This document shows, piece after piece, positions 29,761 through 40,252 of a stretch of DNA of 64,000 nucleotides. Below the pieces are notes generated by a model. It did not search any database and was not told where the DNA came from. It saw only the letters and a list, made by a program, of their open reading frames with translations. Every line of letters begins with the position of its first letter. The stretch's first letter is position 1. The translations under genes were made by a program, and so were the position numbers. This DNA is from an uncultured Verrucomicrobiae bacterium (GTDB taxonomy: Bacteria > Chlamydiota > Chlamydiia > Chlamydiales > Rhabdochlamydiaceae), in contig CAVSUE010000001.1 in NCBI GenBank assembly GCA_963731265.1, forward strand, positions 1,408,001 through 1,472,000. The letters are read 5' to 3'.

Positions 29761-31083
29761 ATGGCAATTGAGAGCAGATATACAACTACCGCTGGCAAGC
29801 TTGCCATCGGACAAGAAGCAGAAAATCTTCTTACCTCGTTAAAAACAATCAAATATCAAGATCTTACTCCTGGAGGCAGGATATTCACTGATCCGGTAGC
29901 GGTGATGATCTCCCTCGAATTGGCTAAAGGGATCCTTGCTACCCTGTCCCGGTTAAGCGGGAAAGTGGATATTCGAGCATGCCGATGTATCGACAAGGCT
30001 CTTGAAAGAGCCAAGGAGAAGCTACAATTTACTGAGAAAGTGATGGAGTTTGTGTTGGATCAACAAGACGGCTCCGTGCCTATAAGCGCCTCACGAGATC
30101 CGAGGATCGAAAAAATTCTAGCTAAATTAGTGCAAATGCAACAAGCTCCCCCTCCTCTTGAAACTGAGCGTGCCTCCGTCTTCCAAAAACTGAATCGATA
30201 TTTTGAAAAGGCCGGGAGAGTTTATTGTGATCACTTACCAACAGAGATAGCTTTTGGACAAGCCATATCTATCATCGGCGAACTCAAGGTTCGGGTACTG
30301 CAAGGCGGTCCTCTGGTGTGCGTCTTTCAACATCAACTTCTGAGCAATAAGCATAATGTCCATTACGATGACCAGGCCAATGTCCATATATGCAAAAAAA
30401 TGGCCGGCGCTTCTTATTCGATCATTTATCTCAATATGTCTATGTTAGATCCATACGAGGGTGAAAGATTCAACGACGCTGCATTTGCACCGGTATGCGA
30501 GCTTCAGGCCCATGAATGGACAGCCAGATGGATCAAAGAAAATCCCTCGAAGAATACACTTTCTTTGAGTGACGCTCTAGGAGATTACTACGGCCAGTTT
30601 TTGATTGAAGTCCCTTTTACCGAGGCCATTCTTGCCAAAAGGCCCGAACTGAGCCAAGCGTGGCTTTCTTATTCCTCCGACGCTGATCAGAAAGAGATTC
30701 AAAGACAGCTTGACACCTTGATCGAGTTGAAGAACAGCGACAATAAACCTCTGGGCGTCTTCATTGAAATGGGATCTCAAACGTTTGCCATTGTTTTCCA
30801 TATTTCTGGCCGCATCTCTTTCTTCAATCCTTACGGATCCCAGAAAATGCTCCGGAATACTTTCTCGTATGAGGTCCATTTTGCCAATTCGGGACAAGCT
30901 GCCTCGTGCCTCGCAGCATTGACAGCAGAAATGGCGCCTGATGAACGAATCACGCTTAGGCCTTATCGCAACCGGGAAGGGAAATTTGAGACAGAGTCAA
31001 CCGATTCAAGTAGCGAAGAGGACAACAACTTTATCCATGACAACAACGAGTTGGAAAATGCACTTAAGGACTTCCTCTTTTAG
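29761..31083 (+). CDS. Hypothetical protein, paralogue 1 of tandem triplet
   Basis: AGGAG RBS; shared QEAENLL/ELAKG/DPRI motifs. Confidence 0.8.
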   Translation: MAIESRYTTTAGKLAIGQEAENLLTSLKTIKYQDLTPGGRIFTDPVAVMISLELAKGILATLSRLSGKVDIRACRCIDKALERAKEKLQFTEKVMEFVLDQQDGSVPISASRDPRIEKILAKLVQMQQAPPPLETERASVFQKLNRYFEKAGRVYCDHLPTEIAFGQAISIIGELKVRVLQGGPLVCVFQHQLLSNKHNVHYDDQANVHICKKMAGASYSIIYLNMSMLDPYEGERFNDAAFAPVCELQAHEWTARWIKENPSKNTLSLSDALGDYYGQFLIEVPFTEAILAKRPELSQAWLSYSSDADQKEIQRQLDTLIELKNSDNKPLGVFIEMGSQTFAIVFHISGRISFFNPYGSQKMLRNTFSYEVHFANSGQAASCLAALTAEMAPDERITLRPYRNREGKFETESTDSSSEEDNNFIHDNNELENALKDFLF

Positions 31084-31121
31084 AAACGGCTCCCGAGAGG
31101 GATGAGGGTGAGTCCACCCTT

Positions 31122-31289
31122 AGAGACTGACCACAAACTCAGCTTCTGTCGATTTTTGGGTTCTTTTGAGCCGCTTTTCGAATTCTTTTTGCGGGGGGTG
31201 TCAACTTGCGTATACCCCGCAAAAAGAATTCGAAAAGCGGCCCAAATAATCCCAAAAATCGACGAAGCGGGGGTTTGTGGTCAGTCTCT
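31122..31289. mobile_element. Near-perfect ~168-bp hairpin MITE with probable TTA duplication
   Basis: AGAGACTGACCACAAAC...GTTTGTGGTCAGTCTCT; inner arms GCCGCTTTTCGAATTCTTTTTGCGGGG / CCCCGCAAAAAGAATTCGAAAAGCGGC. Confidence 0.85.
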
Positions 31290-31366
31290 TATCCCCTCTT
31301 GACCTCAATTTAAATTCACATTATACACTTACAGCCTACATAACTTCTTTTAACGATAGAGAAAAT

Positions 31367-32608
31367 ATGGCCGCTGCGACCCCACTCGAAACGCAACTGG
31401 TAAAGCTCCTTACCGACACAAAATCCCAGTTAACTATGCTAAAAAAAGGGTGGTATAATCCAAATACGTTTAGTAGCATTCAAACAGCTACGCAAACTAC
31501 GAAAACCTTAGCAGCACAAATCGACGGCGACGCGCGAGAACGCCTGGATGAAATCATCCAAAAAATACAAAGAAAACTCGAATTCAGCGAACGAATCATC
31601 AAATTCTTAACGGAAGAACCGAAGACCTTAGATCCAAGAGTGGAAAAAATTGTGGGCAAAATCAACCAACAACCACTCCCGAATCACTTGCACGAGCTTG
31701 CAAAGGGGCAAGCTCGTCTTACCAAATGGCAAGAGAGGCTTGAACATATCGCCTTAGCGGCTCCAAACGAGGTAACAGCGAAAGCGCTACAAAAAGCCAG
31801 GCCCATTGTCAAGGGTCTGTCTTTGATCTGCGAAATAAAAAAAGAGAAAGCAGCGCTCTTTCCAGAACCGTCCTTGAAGCAGGATCCCGTTACAAAAAAC
31901 TACACTGTCCCAAGATGCCAATCGCCAATTGTTTTCGATGTTGTCAATGAAGCCACTGCCATTGAGCCAGTGGCAAGAGAAAAAATGGCATCTTTCCTTC
32001 TCTCCCTCCAAAAAATCATAGAGTCCCTTTCGCGAAAATCCGGTGATGGCTTTTTCCAGGCCCTAGAATCCACTGTCAACTGCATGGAATTCAGTCCTGC
32101 CGATCGAGAAGAGAAAAACTTCATCCAAAAGATCTGCGCCCATCTTTATTCTATTCAAAATAAGGAAACACCGGAAAAGATTGATAGAAAGGATCATTTT
32201 TGGGAAGTAAGGGCCTTCCTGTCCGATCATCTTTCGACGCAGGATCAAAAATTGCGCGCCGGGCAGCGGCTTCAGGTTGAGACACTGCTAAAGCTCATCC
32301 ATTTGGCCTTTGAGCGCGAGGGCAATGAACAGATGGGCCAGCTCGTCGATGCTTTGGAAAAAATCCAGTTAAATGCAAATGATTTGCCTCCTGGTAAAAA
32401 GAATGCCGCGCATTACCTTTTCGAGGCGCTGTATCATGCCCATGCGGATGCCCAGAAGGGAGAACTTTCTTTACAAAACCCCGATGATCAAAATTTCAAA
32501 AGCAATTTTGGAAGGGAAGCTTTTCAGGGCCTTGTGAAAATTCCCCTATGGATCCAACGGAAAGCCTACAAAGAAGTTTTCGAAGCATTTCAGAAAACCT
32601 GGGAGTGA
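31367..32608 (+). CDS. Hypothetical protein, paralogue 2 (shared N-domain, different C-domain)
   Basis: 'D..AR....I.K..RKLEF.E....F....LDPRVEKI' shared with its neighbours. Confidence 0.75.
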   Translation: MAAATPLETQLVKLLTDTKSQLTMLKKGWYNPNTFSSIQTATQTTKTLAAQIDGDARERLDEIIQKIQRKLEFSERIIKFLTEEPKTLDPRVEKIVGKINQQPLPNHLHELAKGQARLTKWQERLEHIALAAPNEVTAKALQKARPIVKGLSLICEIKKEKAALFPEPSLKQDPVTKNYTVPRCQSPIVFDVVNEATAIEPVAREKMASFLLSLQKIIESLSRKSGDGFFQALESTVNCMEFSPADREEKNFIQKICAHLYSIQNKETPEKIDRKDHFWEVRAFLSDHLSTQDQKLRAGQRLQVETLLKLIHLAFEREGNEQMGQLVDALEKIQLNANDLPPGKKNAAHYLFEALYHAHADAQKGELSLQNPDDQNFKSNFGREAFQGLVKIPLWIQRKAYKEVFEAFQKTWE

Positions 32609-32669
32609 GTTTTGACTTTATTTTTAAGGGCTCTTATCATTTTCGAAAGGTTAATTCGAGGAGAAAAAA

Positions 32670-33887
32670 TTGAGTACAGCCGTCCAGCTTAACCTTACAC
32701 ATGCCGTCGCACAAGAGGCAGAAAATCTTCTTTTTCAGGCAGGAATCCTCCGTGACCTGATTTTCACTACTGAAGAAACCCTAGTCGCTATCGAGTTGGC
32801 TAAAGGGTCTCTGAATACCCTGACCAATCTCTGCGCGAACTTGGACGAAGAAGCGCGTAAAAAGATTAAAGCACAGCTTCAAAAAACGGAAAAAAAGCTA
32901 GAGCTAGCCGAATTGAGGGTCGAATACGTGATACGCGGAAATGAAACGGGCTTGGACCCAAGAATCCAGAAAATCATGGCCAAAGTCCAAAGCAAATGTT
33001 CTGTCATTGCTGCGCAAACGCAAGATTCGCTGCCGATTTACACAAAGCTATTTGGTTGGCAGGAAAAGTTGGGTAACTTGCTGTTGGAAAACCACAACCC
33101 AACAACCACGCTTGCCATTAAAAAGGGGATCTCTTTGATCGATGACACCTACCTTCAAAGTCTGCAACAATCACCGCACTTCGTCGACTTCGAGTATTCA
33201 CTGTGCAGTGAGAATAACGACAAATATTACAAAAATCTGCCGGATCCTGCTAAATGCAAAAAAATGGCTTGCACCCGATTAGCAAAAAACTATCTCAATG
33301 TTGCTCTACGGGAATCCAAATACTATTTCATGGAAGAAGACGCCCACCTTTGGACAGCTGAGTTCATCCGAGTAAAAAGCCCGACCGATTTCATTTCTGT
33401 CGATGACATGTTTTCTTGCCGATTTGATCCTGATCTTCCTTTTAATTTTAGATTAGAGGCGGATGTATATCCCCTTATCGAAGTTCCCTTCTCCGAAGCA
33501 TTCCTCTCCAAATATCCAGAGATAAAGGACAACCTGATGTCTTATCCCCCTGATCCAGCGATCTCTTATAACAAAGAAGCTAGTGAAGCACAGATTGAAG
33601 GGAAGCTAGCTACATTGCTCCAATTGAAAGCTGAGCAAGGGCTTGAATCGATGGGCGCTTTCATGGAGATGGCTCCTCAAACCTTGGCGATTGTTTTCCA
33701 TTGCTCAAGTCGTATTTCAGTGTTCAATCCTTTAGGGGATCACGAAAAGGAAAATTACTATGAAGTCAATTTTGGCAATTTGAGACAAACCGCAGCTTTT
33801 CTGAAGAAGCGGACTGCTGAAATTGCCCCGCAACAGGCCATCGTGTTTAAGCCTTATTTCACTGCACCAGAGGCACCCGAACTATAA
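32670..33887 (+). CDS. Hypothetical protein, paralogue 3
   Basis: GAGGAG RBS with TTG start; full-length similarity to 29761-31083. Confidence 0.8.
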   Translation: MSTAVQLNLTHAVAQEAENLLFQAGILRDLIFTTEETLVAIELAKGSLNTLTNLCANLDEEARKKIKAQLQKTEKKLELAELRVEYVIRGNETGLDPRIQKIMAKVQSKCSVIAAQTQDSLPIYTKLFGWQEKLGNLLLENHNPTTTLAIKKGISLIDDTYLQSLQQSPHFVDFEYSLCSENNDKYYKNLPDPAKCKKMACTRLAKNYLNVALRESKYYFMEEDAHLWTAEFIRVKSPTDFISVDDMFSCRFDPDLPFNFRLEADVYPLIEVPFSEAFLSKYPEIKDNLMSYPPDPAISYNKEASEAQIEGKLATLLQLKAEQGLESMGAFMEMAPQTLAIVFHCSSRISVFNPLGDHEKENYYEVNFGNLRQTAAFLKKRTAEIAPQQAIVFKPYFTAPEAPEL

Positions 33888-33890
33888 ATT

Positions 33891-33914
33891 AAGTGGGCAG
33901 CCATCTGCCCACTT
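33891..33914. terminator. Hairpin between convergent genes
   Basis: AAGTGGGCAG-CCAT-CTGCCCACTT. Confidence 0.55.
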
Positions 33915-33916
33915 CT

Positions 33917-34597
33917 CTAGGAAAATTTTCCAAAAAGATCTAACTGCACTTCACTGGCAAAAAGCGATTTTAAGGGTTCGAAGCTCATCCGATGGATAGG
34001 GCAAGGCCCGTATTCTTGAATGGCCAGCAGATGTTCTTCTGTCGCATACCCTTTATGGGAAGCAAATTGGTACTGCGGCCATTGTTCATGATAAGCCAGC
34101 ATCAACTTGTCCCGCATTTCTTTGGCGATGATGGCGGCTGCCGCGATCGATTGAGAAAGGCTGTCCCCCTTGACGATAGCCTCCCCTGGAATGGGTGTTT
34201 GGGGCCGCTTATTTCCATCGATTAAAAGAAAATCGGGCTGTTGTTGAAGACGGGAAATGGCAATCGTCATCGCCAGAAGGCTTGCTTGGAGAATATTGAT
34301 ACGGTCGATTTCTTTGGCCTCGATGATCCCGATGCCGTATTCGATGTGAGGATGGGATAGAATCTTTTGATAGATGAGGGAGCGGGCGGACGGAAGCAGC
34401 TTTTTGCTGTCGTCGATCCCTTCGATGAGGGCGCCTTCAGGAAGGATGCAGGCTGCTGCGACGACGGGGCCTGCCAAGGGGCCTCTTCCGACTTCGTCGA
34501 GGCCTGCAATAACCCGAAAGCCTCGCTCTCGGGCATTGCGCTCGCAAGCCATCATCGCCGCTAATCGCTTCCGTTCTCGCTGAGAAAGCGCGCCCAT
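33917..34597 (-). CDS. rnhB: Ribonuclease HII
   Basis: GLDEVGRGPLAGPV, DSKKL, KGD, HKGY. Confidence 0.96.
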   Translation of the reverse strand: MGALSQRERKRLAAMMACERNARERGFRVIAGLDEVGRGPLAGPVVAAACILPEGALIEGIDDSKKLLPSARSLIYQKILSHPHIEYGIGIIEAKEIDRINILQASLLAMTIAISRLQQQPDFLLIDGNKRPQTPIPGEAIVKGDSLSQSIAAAAIIAKEMRDKLMLAYHEQWPQYQFASHKGYATEEHLLAIQEYGPCPIHRMSFEPLKSLFASEVQLDLFGKFS

Positions 34598-34615
34598 GAC
34601 GACTCGATCTAAATA

Positions 34616-35035
34616 TTACGTGGCGGGTTGATTTTCAGGAGCTTCGGTGTTGCCTTCTGTGATGGCGCGAGTTTCTTTCATTGGGCCGATGTGCTCTTGA
34701 ATTTTTGAGGCCTTTCCTGAAGTCCCTCGGAGATAGTAGAGTTTGCTTTTACGCACTTTGCCTGTTCTGGTGACTTCAATCTTGGCAATTTTTGGACTGT
34801 GGATCAAATAGACTCTTTCGATGCCTGCGCCGTAGGAGAATCGATAAAGGGCAACGGTCTCAGAAAGGCCACCGCCACGCCGGGCGATTACGGTCCCTGT
34901 AAAGATTTGGATACGCTCTTTGTCTCCTTCAATAATGCGTTGATGGATACTAATCGTATCCCCCACATGGAATTTGGGCAGATTATTCTTAAGCTGCTGC
35001 GCTTCAATTTCCTGAATCACTTGACACTGTTTCAT
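34616..35035 (-). CDS. rplS: 50S ribosomal protein L19
   Basis: F..GDT, ERIQIF.G, GKVRKSKLYYLR. Confidence 0.97.
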   Translation of the reverse strand: MKQCQVIQEIEAQQLKNNLPKFHVGDTISIHQRIIEGDKERIQIFTGTVIARRGGGLSETVALYRFSYGAGIERVYLIHSPKIAKIEVTRTGKVRKSKLYYLRGTSGKASKIQEHIGPMKETRAITEGNTEAPENQPAT

Positions 35036-35070
35036 GTTGCTTTCCTTTTTTTGTTTGAATTAACCAGTTC

Positions 35071-35198
35071 GGCTGATCATTACCCATATCTTCCGTTTCT
35101 GCTGCTTTCAGCTATGGGCTTCGCCATTTGGACCGCTTCGCTTCCATCTGGCTTTCTCCCCTCCCTCTAGAAACGGAACTTATGGGTAACGATCGGCC
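35071..35198 (-). mobile_element. MITE family C ('RYP' element), copy 1, with 5-bp TSD
   Basis: IRs GGCTGATCATTACCCATA / TATGGGTAACGATCGGCC; AGTTC at 35066-35070 and 35199-35203. Confidence 0.85.
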
Positions 35199-35857
35199 AG
35201 TTCGGGCCGCACACGCTTCGTTTTCTCGAGGCCTTTTTGGATGCGCCATTTTTCAATTTCTGCGTGGTGGCCGCTTTTTAACACTTCGGGCACTTCCTTC
35301 CCTTCGAAATTTTCCGGTCGTGTATAGGAAGGCCCTTCAAATATACCTTGTTGGAATGTTTCCAATTGCGCCGCTTCTACATGCCCCAGCACTCCCGGGA
35401 CAAAGCGCAGCGTTGCATCGACGACGACAATAGCGGCTAGACACCCATTGGTCAGAACATAGTCTCCAATGCTGATCTCCTCGTCGACCTCTTGTTCGAT
35501 CACCCGTTCATCGAGGCCTTCATAGTGGCCGCAGACCAGAATCAGATGAGGGAGCTTCGCCAATCTGGCTGCCGTTTCAGCGTCGAACACCTTTCCTTGC
35601 GGAGAAAGGTAGACCACATGGGAATCTTCCCTTTTCACATTGCGGATGGCCTGCGACGTCGGCCCAGGCATTAATACCATTCCCGGCCCTCCGCCATAAG
35701 GCCTGTCATCGACTTTACGGTGTTTGCCTTCTCCAAATTTTCGTATGTCGTGCAACCGGATATCGACGAGTCCTTTTTCTATTGCCCTTTTGATCATGCT
35801 GACTTTGAATGGACTTTCAAAGTATTCAGGGAATAGCGAAAGGATATCAACCTCCAT
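35180..35857 (-). CDS. trmD: tRNA (guanine37-N1)-methyltransferase
   Basis: VDDRPYGGGPGMV, CGHYEGLDER, SIGDYVL. Confidence 0.97.
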   Translation of the reverse strand: MEVDILSLFPEYFESPFKVSMIKRAIEKGLVDIRLHDIRKFGEGKHRKVDDRPYGGGPGMVLMPGPTSQAIRNVKREDSHVVYLSPQGKVFDAETAARLAKLPHLILVCGHYEGLDERVIEQEVDEEISIGDYVLTNGCLAAIVVVDATLRFVPGVLGHVEAAQLETFQQGIFEGPSYTRPENFEGKEVPEVLKSGHHAEIEKWRIQKGLEKTKRVRPELADRYP

Positions 35858-35858
35858 G

Positions 35859-36200
35859 CTATTTCTTAGCCGTCTTAGTCGCCGCTTTTTTCGTTTTTCT
35901 GCGCTTAGCAGTGTTTTTCACACGCCGCGCGTGCTCTTTGGCACGGATTTCTTTCATCACATCAGGCGCTACGCGTGCGATCAAACTTTGCGCGTTCGGC
36001 GTAATTTGCGCGCCTTGTCCGACCCAATAATGGATCCGTTCGATGTCGAGTTGAGAATCTGTCTTGTTGCTGAATGGGTTGTACCATCCGATCATTTCGA
36101 GGTATTTTCCATCGCGCGGATTGCGGATATCAGTGACGACAAGACGGTATGTTTGTCGATTGGTGCGTCCTTGTTGTCGCAAGCGAATTTTTAACGCCAT
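35859..36200 (-). CDS. rpsP: 30S ribosomal protein S16
   Basis: MALKIRLRQQG, PRDGKYLE. Confidence 0.97.
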   Translation of the reverse strand: MALKIRLRQQGRTNRQTYRLVVTDIRNPRDGKYLEMIGWYNPFSNKTDSQLDIERIHYWVGQGAQITPNAQSLIARVAPDVMKEIRAKEHARRVKNTAKRRKTKKAATKTAKK

Positions 36201-36224
36201 AAATGCATTTGTCTCCTGTATATT

Positions 36225-37604
36225 TTAAATATCCCACGGCATTTTGCCGCCGGCAAAGGGCATTTTTCCACCCATCATGCCGCCAAAGGGGTCTTTCCCT
36301 TTCTTCATTTGATTTTTGATGCCGGGCATCTCTTTGCAAAATTGTTTGAGCTTTTTAAACCCTTTGACCATCCGGTTGACATCGTCAATGGTTGTCCCGC
36401 TGCCCAGAGCGATCCTTCGTCTGCGGCTGGGAACCAGTTCCACCAATTCGGTTCTTTCTTTCATCGTCATCGAAGTGATCATCGCTTCGATTTTATTGAA
36501 CTCTTTCTCGTCAAAGTCCATGTCGCCGAGGTTAGACATGCCGGGCAGCATCTTGAGCAAACTTTTGAACGAGCCCATCCTCTTGACCATGGCCATTTGC
36601 TTTAAGTAATCATCGTAAGTGAAAGCTGCTTTGAGGATTTTTTTCTCGAGGGCCTTGCTCTCTTCTTCATCCATCGTCTCTTCAGCTTTGCGGACCAGGT
36701 TGATGACGTCGCCCATACCGAGGATGCGGTCAGCCATCGAGTGGGGATTAAATGGCTGGATATCGCCGATCTTTTCGCCGACACCTTCAAATTTTAACGG
36801 TTTCTTCGTCACTTCCCGAATCGAGATCGCCGCGCCGGCTCTCGCGCTTCCGTCGAGCATGGTCAAGATCGTGCCGGAAATCTGGACGTGCTTATCGAAT
36901 TCGACGGCCGTCTTCACAGCATCTTGGCCTGTGGCCGCGCTGGCAACAAATAGGATTTCGTGCGGCTGCACCGCGGATTTGATCTCGACGAGCTGCAGCA
37001 TCAATTCTTCATCGATGGCCAGGCGCCCAGCGGTATCGACAATCAGGGTGTCGTATCCTTCCGTTTTTGCTTTTTGCAACGCTTCTTTGGCGACGCGGAC
37101 AGGATTCTTCTCTCCTTCCATAGAAAAGACGGGGACATCGATTTGGGAGGCTAATTTCTTAAGCTGGTCGATGGCGGCCGGCCGTTGCAGGTCGCAGGCA
37201 GCCAGCAGGGTGCGCTTGTTGGGGTGTTTCTTTTGCAAATAGGCAGCGAGTTTCGCGCAATGGGTCGTCTTGCCGGAACCTTGCAGACCGCAGAGTAAAA
37301 TGACATGGGGCATGCCTTGCAGTGCCAGAACAGACTCTTCGGTTCCCATTAAAGCGACGAGTTCTTCGTGGACCAATTTGATGAATTGCTCCCCGGGAGA
37401 GACCGATTTGATCACGGCGTCGCCGACAGCTTTTTCTTTGACGCGTTTGACGAAATTGCTGGTCACGGAATAATTCACGTCGGCGTCGAGCAAGGCGAGA
37501 CGCACTTGCCTAACGGCATCGGAGATATTGTCTTCGGTGAGGGTCTTTTTCCCCATCAAACCTGAAAACATCTGCTGAAATTTTTCTGTAAGTGAACCAA
37601 ACAT
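36225..37604 (-). CDS. ffh: Signal recognition particle protein
   Basis: GLQGSGKTT, DTAGR, M domain. Confidence 0.97.
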   Translation of the reverse strand: MFGSLTEKFQQMFSGLMGKKTLTEDNISDAVRQVRLALLDADVNYSVTSNFVKRVKEKAVGDAVIKSVSPGEQFIKLVHEELVALMGTEESVLALQGMPHVILLCGLQGSGKTTHCAKLAAYLQKKHPNKRTLLAACDLQRPAAIDQLKKLASQIDVPVFSMEGEKNPVRVAKEALQKAKTEGYDTLIVDTAGRLAIDEELMLQLVEIKSAVQPHEILFVASAATGQDAVKTAVEFDKHVQISGTILTMLDGSARAGAAISIREVTKKPLKFEGVGEKIGDIQPFNPHSMADRILGMGDVINLVRKAEETMDEEESKALEKKILKAAFTYDDYLKQMAMVKRMGSFKSLLKMLPGMSNLGDMDFDEKEFNKIEAMITSMTMKERTELVELVPSRRRRIALGSGTTIDDVNRMVKGFKKLKQFCKEMPGIKNQMKKGKDPFGGMMGGKMPFAGGKMPWDI

Positions 37605-37689
37605 AATCAATAATTTACTTGCTTCGAATCGCTACCTGTCAAAGGCAGTATTCTTTTAAAAATTGTGACTTTATAGCATAGAGAGAAAC

Positions 37690-38532
37690 TTATTCAAATT
37701 CAAGGAAAAAGAAGCGGTCTTTACCCGCCCAATCTTTTTCCACGCGGGCGTTTTTCCAAGCATTGCCGGAAAACAGCTCTAAAACGGCTTCTCCTTGATT
37801 TCCGCCGATTTCAAAAAAAATCTTGGCATGGGGATGAAGGTAGTCTGGAAGCAACTCGGCAAGTCTTTGATAAAAGGACAAGCCGTCCACGCCGCCGATT
37901 AAAGCTTCTTGCGGTTCGAAGTCTTTGACGGAGCGATCCAGTGCAAGAAATTCTTTGGATGAAATGTAAGGAGGATTACAGAAAATAACGTCTGCTTTTC
38001 TACCTGCAAAGGCAGCGAGCAGGTCCCCTTTTAAAATTTCGACGTCAACCGAGTTTTTCTTCGCATTTCGAGAAGCAAATCCTAAAGCCTGATCGGAAAT
38101 GTCGGACAAACTGAGTTGTAAATGAGGGCAGGCTTTTTTTACTGCAATACCGATACAACCGGAACCTGTGCAAATGTCCCAGGCAGTCAACTCTCCCGAA
38201 GAGCGTAGTGATTTGCATGCCTGGTCCACTAAAATTTCTGTTTCGGGCCGTGGAATCAAAACGGCGGGCCCCACCTCAATCACACAATCATAAAACGACA
38301 CTTCCCCGGTCATGTATTCGATCGGCTCTCCTTTTCCTGCGCGGTTGAGAAAACCTCGCAGGATCTCGAGCTCCTTTTCTTGGACAGGCTGATCGTACTG
38401 CATGTAAAGATCGAGGCGCTTAAGCTTAAGGGCATGGGCAATGAGATCTTCGGCATCGCGGCGAGAGCGCGGACACCCTTTCTCTTTTAAAAATTGCGCG
38501 GAGAGACTCAAGATTTCGCTAACGGTTTTCAT
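37690..38532 (-). CDS. prmC: Release factor glutamine methyltransferase
   Basis: LIPRPETE, DICTGSG, NPPY. Confidence 0.96.
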   Translation of the reverse strand: MKTVSEILSLSAQFLKEKGCPRSRRDAEDLIAHALKLKRLDLYMQYDQPVQEKELEILRGFLNRAGKGEPIEYMTGEVSFYDCVIEVGPAVLIPRPETEILVDQACKSLRSSGELTAWDICTGSGCIGIAVKKACPHLQLSLSDISDQALGFASRNAKKNSVDVEILKGDLLAAFAGRKADVIFCNPPYISSKEFLALDRSVKDFEPQEALIGGVDGLSFYQRLAELLPDYLHPHAKIFFEIGGNQGEAVLELFSGNAWKNARVEKDWAGKDRFFFLEFE

Positions 38533-38536
38533 AGAC

Positions 38537-38762
38537 TAGTATTTACAATGACCTTCAAGTTCTTTTCGCGATCTTTCACATCAACCCTGCTGGTTCACAT
38601 TCGCTTACCTGATCCGCAACTGCACGGTTCACTGCGTTCACCTGCTCCTCACTACAAAGGTCTGTCGTGTCTCCTCCGTCATGTGTTCACATTGCCTGAG
38701 TTGTCTGCTGCGAAATCTCATCGAAAAGCTCATGGAATTTCATTGTAAATATTTCAGCTCAC
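38537..38762 (-). mobile_element. MITE family B, long copy, between prfA and prmC
   Basis: IR TATTTACAATGACCTTCAAG / ATTTCATTGTAAATA; matches 16584-16727 plus an extra internal segment. Confidence 0.8.
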
Positions 38763-39841
38763 ATACTTCTATCGCCGACAGCAGCGAGCTTTTCTTGGTA
38801 AAAATGGGCGACAAGGGGCTCGGTGAGTTCATCGAGCTGCCCATCCATGATGAGATTGAGTTTGTATAAGGTCAGATCGATCCGGTGGTCCGTGATTCGA
38901 TTTTGAGGAAAATTGTAGGTGCGTATCCGTTCGGACCGATCCCCTGTTCCCACTTGAGTGGAGCGCAAAGAGGCCATTTCTTTTTCGGCCTTGAAACGTT
39001 TTTCGTCAGCGATCTTGGCGATCAACAAACGCATCGCTTTTTCTTTGTTTTTGTGCTGGCTGCGCTCTTCTTGGCATGTGACGACGGTGCCGGTTGGAAT
39101 GTGCGTAATGCGGATCGCCGAATCGGTCGTGTTCACATGCTGGCCGCCAGCTCCTGAAGAGCGATACGTGTCAATTTTCAGCTCTTTTTCATCTAGGACG
39201 ACTTTTTCCTGTTCATCCGGCTCAAGCAGAACCGCAACGGTCACAGCAGAGGTGTGTACGCGGCCTTGCGCCTCTGTTTTTGGGACGCGTTGCACCCGAT
39301 GGGTGCCTGCTTCGTATTGCATTAGGCGGTAAACATTATGGCCGGAAAAGACCATCACATATTCTTTGAACCCCCCCTTTTCCGATTCTGCGCAAGAAAG
39401 CAGCTCGTACTTCCACCCCTTTTTATCGGCATACTGCTTATACATACGCACACAGTCGCCGACGAACAAAGCGGCTTCGTCCCCGCCTGTCCCGGCGCGG
39501 ATTTCTAGAATGAGATTACGGCTGTCGCGTGGATCGGGAGGAATGAGAAGAGACCCCAGCTGCTGGAGAATAGTGGCAATTTTCGCTTCAAGCGCGGGGA
39601 TTTCCTGACGGACGACTTCAAGAAACTCAGGATCTTTTTCTGTCTTGAGAAACTGCTGATTTTCTTCGAGCTGTTTCTTAAGCGACTCATAACGCTGCCA
39701 GTAGTCTTTGACTTCTCCCAGGTATGAGTGCTCCTGAGCAAGCTCGCGATACTGTTTTTGATCAGCGAGCACATCCGCTTGTCCAAGCAGCTCTTCGACT
39801 TTGGCGAATCGCTTCAAAAGTTTACGGATCTGCTCGTCCAT
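38759..39841 (-). CDS. prfA: Peptide chain release factor 1
   Basis: PKT specificity motif, [17 protein letters not shown]. Confidence 0.97.
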   Translation of the reverse strand: MDEQIRKLLKRFAKVEELLGQADVLADQKQYRELAQEHSYLGEVKDYWQRYESLKKQLEENQQFLKTEKDPEFLEVVRQEIPALEAKIATILQQLGSLLIPPDPRDSRNLILEIRAGTGGDEAALFVGDCVRMYKQYADKKGWKYELLSCAESEKGGFKEYVMVFSGHNVYRLMQYEAGTHRVQRVPKTEAQGRVHTSAVTVAVLLEPDEQEKVVLDEKELKIDTYRSSGAGGQHVNTTDSAIRITHIPTGTVVTCQEERSQHKNKEKAMRLLIAKIADEKRFKAEKEMASLRSTQVGTGDRSERIRTYNFPQNRITDHRIDLTLYKLNLIMDGQLDELTEPLVAHFYQEKLAAVGDRSM

Positions 39842-39847
39842 CTGTTC

Positions 39848-40180
39848 TTAGGAAGGTTTTTTCTTCGCTTTTTTCTCAACGGTCTTCTTGGAAGCTTTAT
39901 CTTCCTTAGATCCTTCCCCTTGCTCTTCTTTTTTCTCAGCTTTCTTTGCGTAACGTTTTACGAATTTGTCCACGCGGCCTTCAGAATCGATGAACTGATT
40001 GCTGCCTGTAAAGAAAGGATGGGAAGCAGAAGAGACAGGGACTTTGTAGACAGGATATTCTTTTCCTTCGTACAATTCTTTGTCTTTTGGCTGCAGCGTT
40101 GTGCCGCAAATAAAACGAAACCCTGTTGAAGAATCGACAAACAACACTTCCTGATATGGAGGATGTCCTTCTTTTTTCAT
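39848..40180 (-). CDS. rpmE2: 50S ribosomal protein L31 type B
   Basis: [27 protein letters not shown]. Confidence 0.95.
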   Translation of the reverse strand: MKKEGHPPYQEVLFVDSSTGFRFICGTTLQPKDKELYEGKEYPVYKVPVSSASHPFFTGSNQFIDSEGRVDKFVKRYAKKAEKKEEQGEGSKEDKASKKTVEKKAKKKPS

Positions 40181-40252
40181 ATCCTACTCCTTATAAATCG
40201 ATTGAAGTTACCAGTTAACCTTAAACCTTTTTAAAAAACAAGGGCTGATTTG

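Noticed and set aside
36619..37242. 207-aa plus-strand ORF
   Set aside because: Antisense to ffh; Ser/Thr-rich shadow composition.
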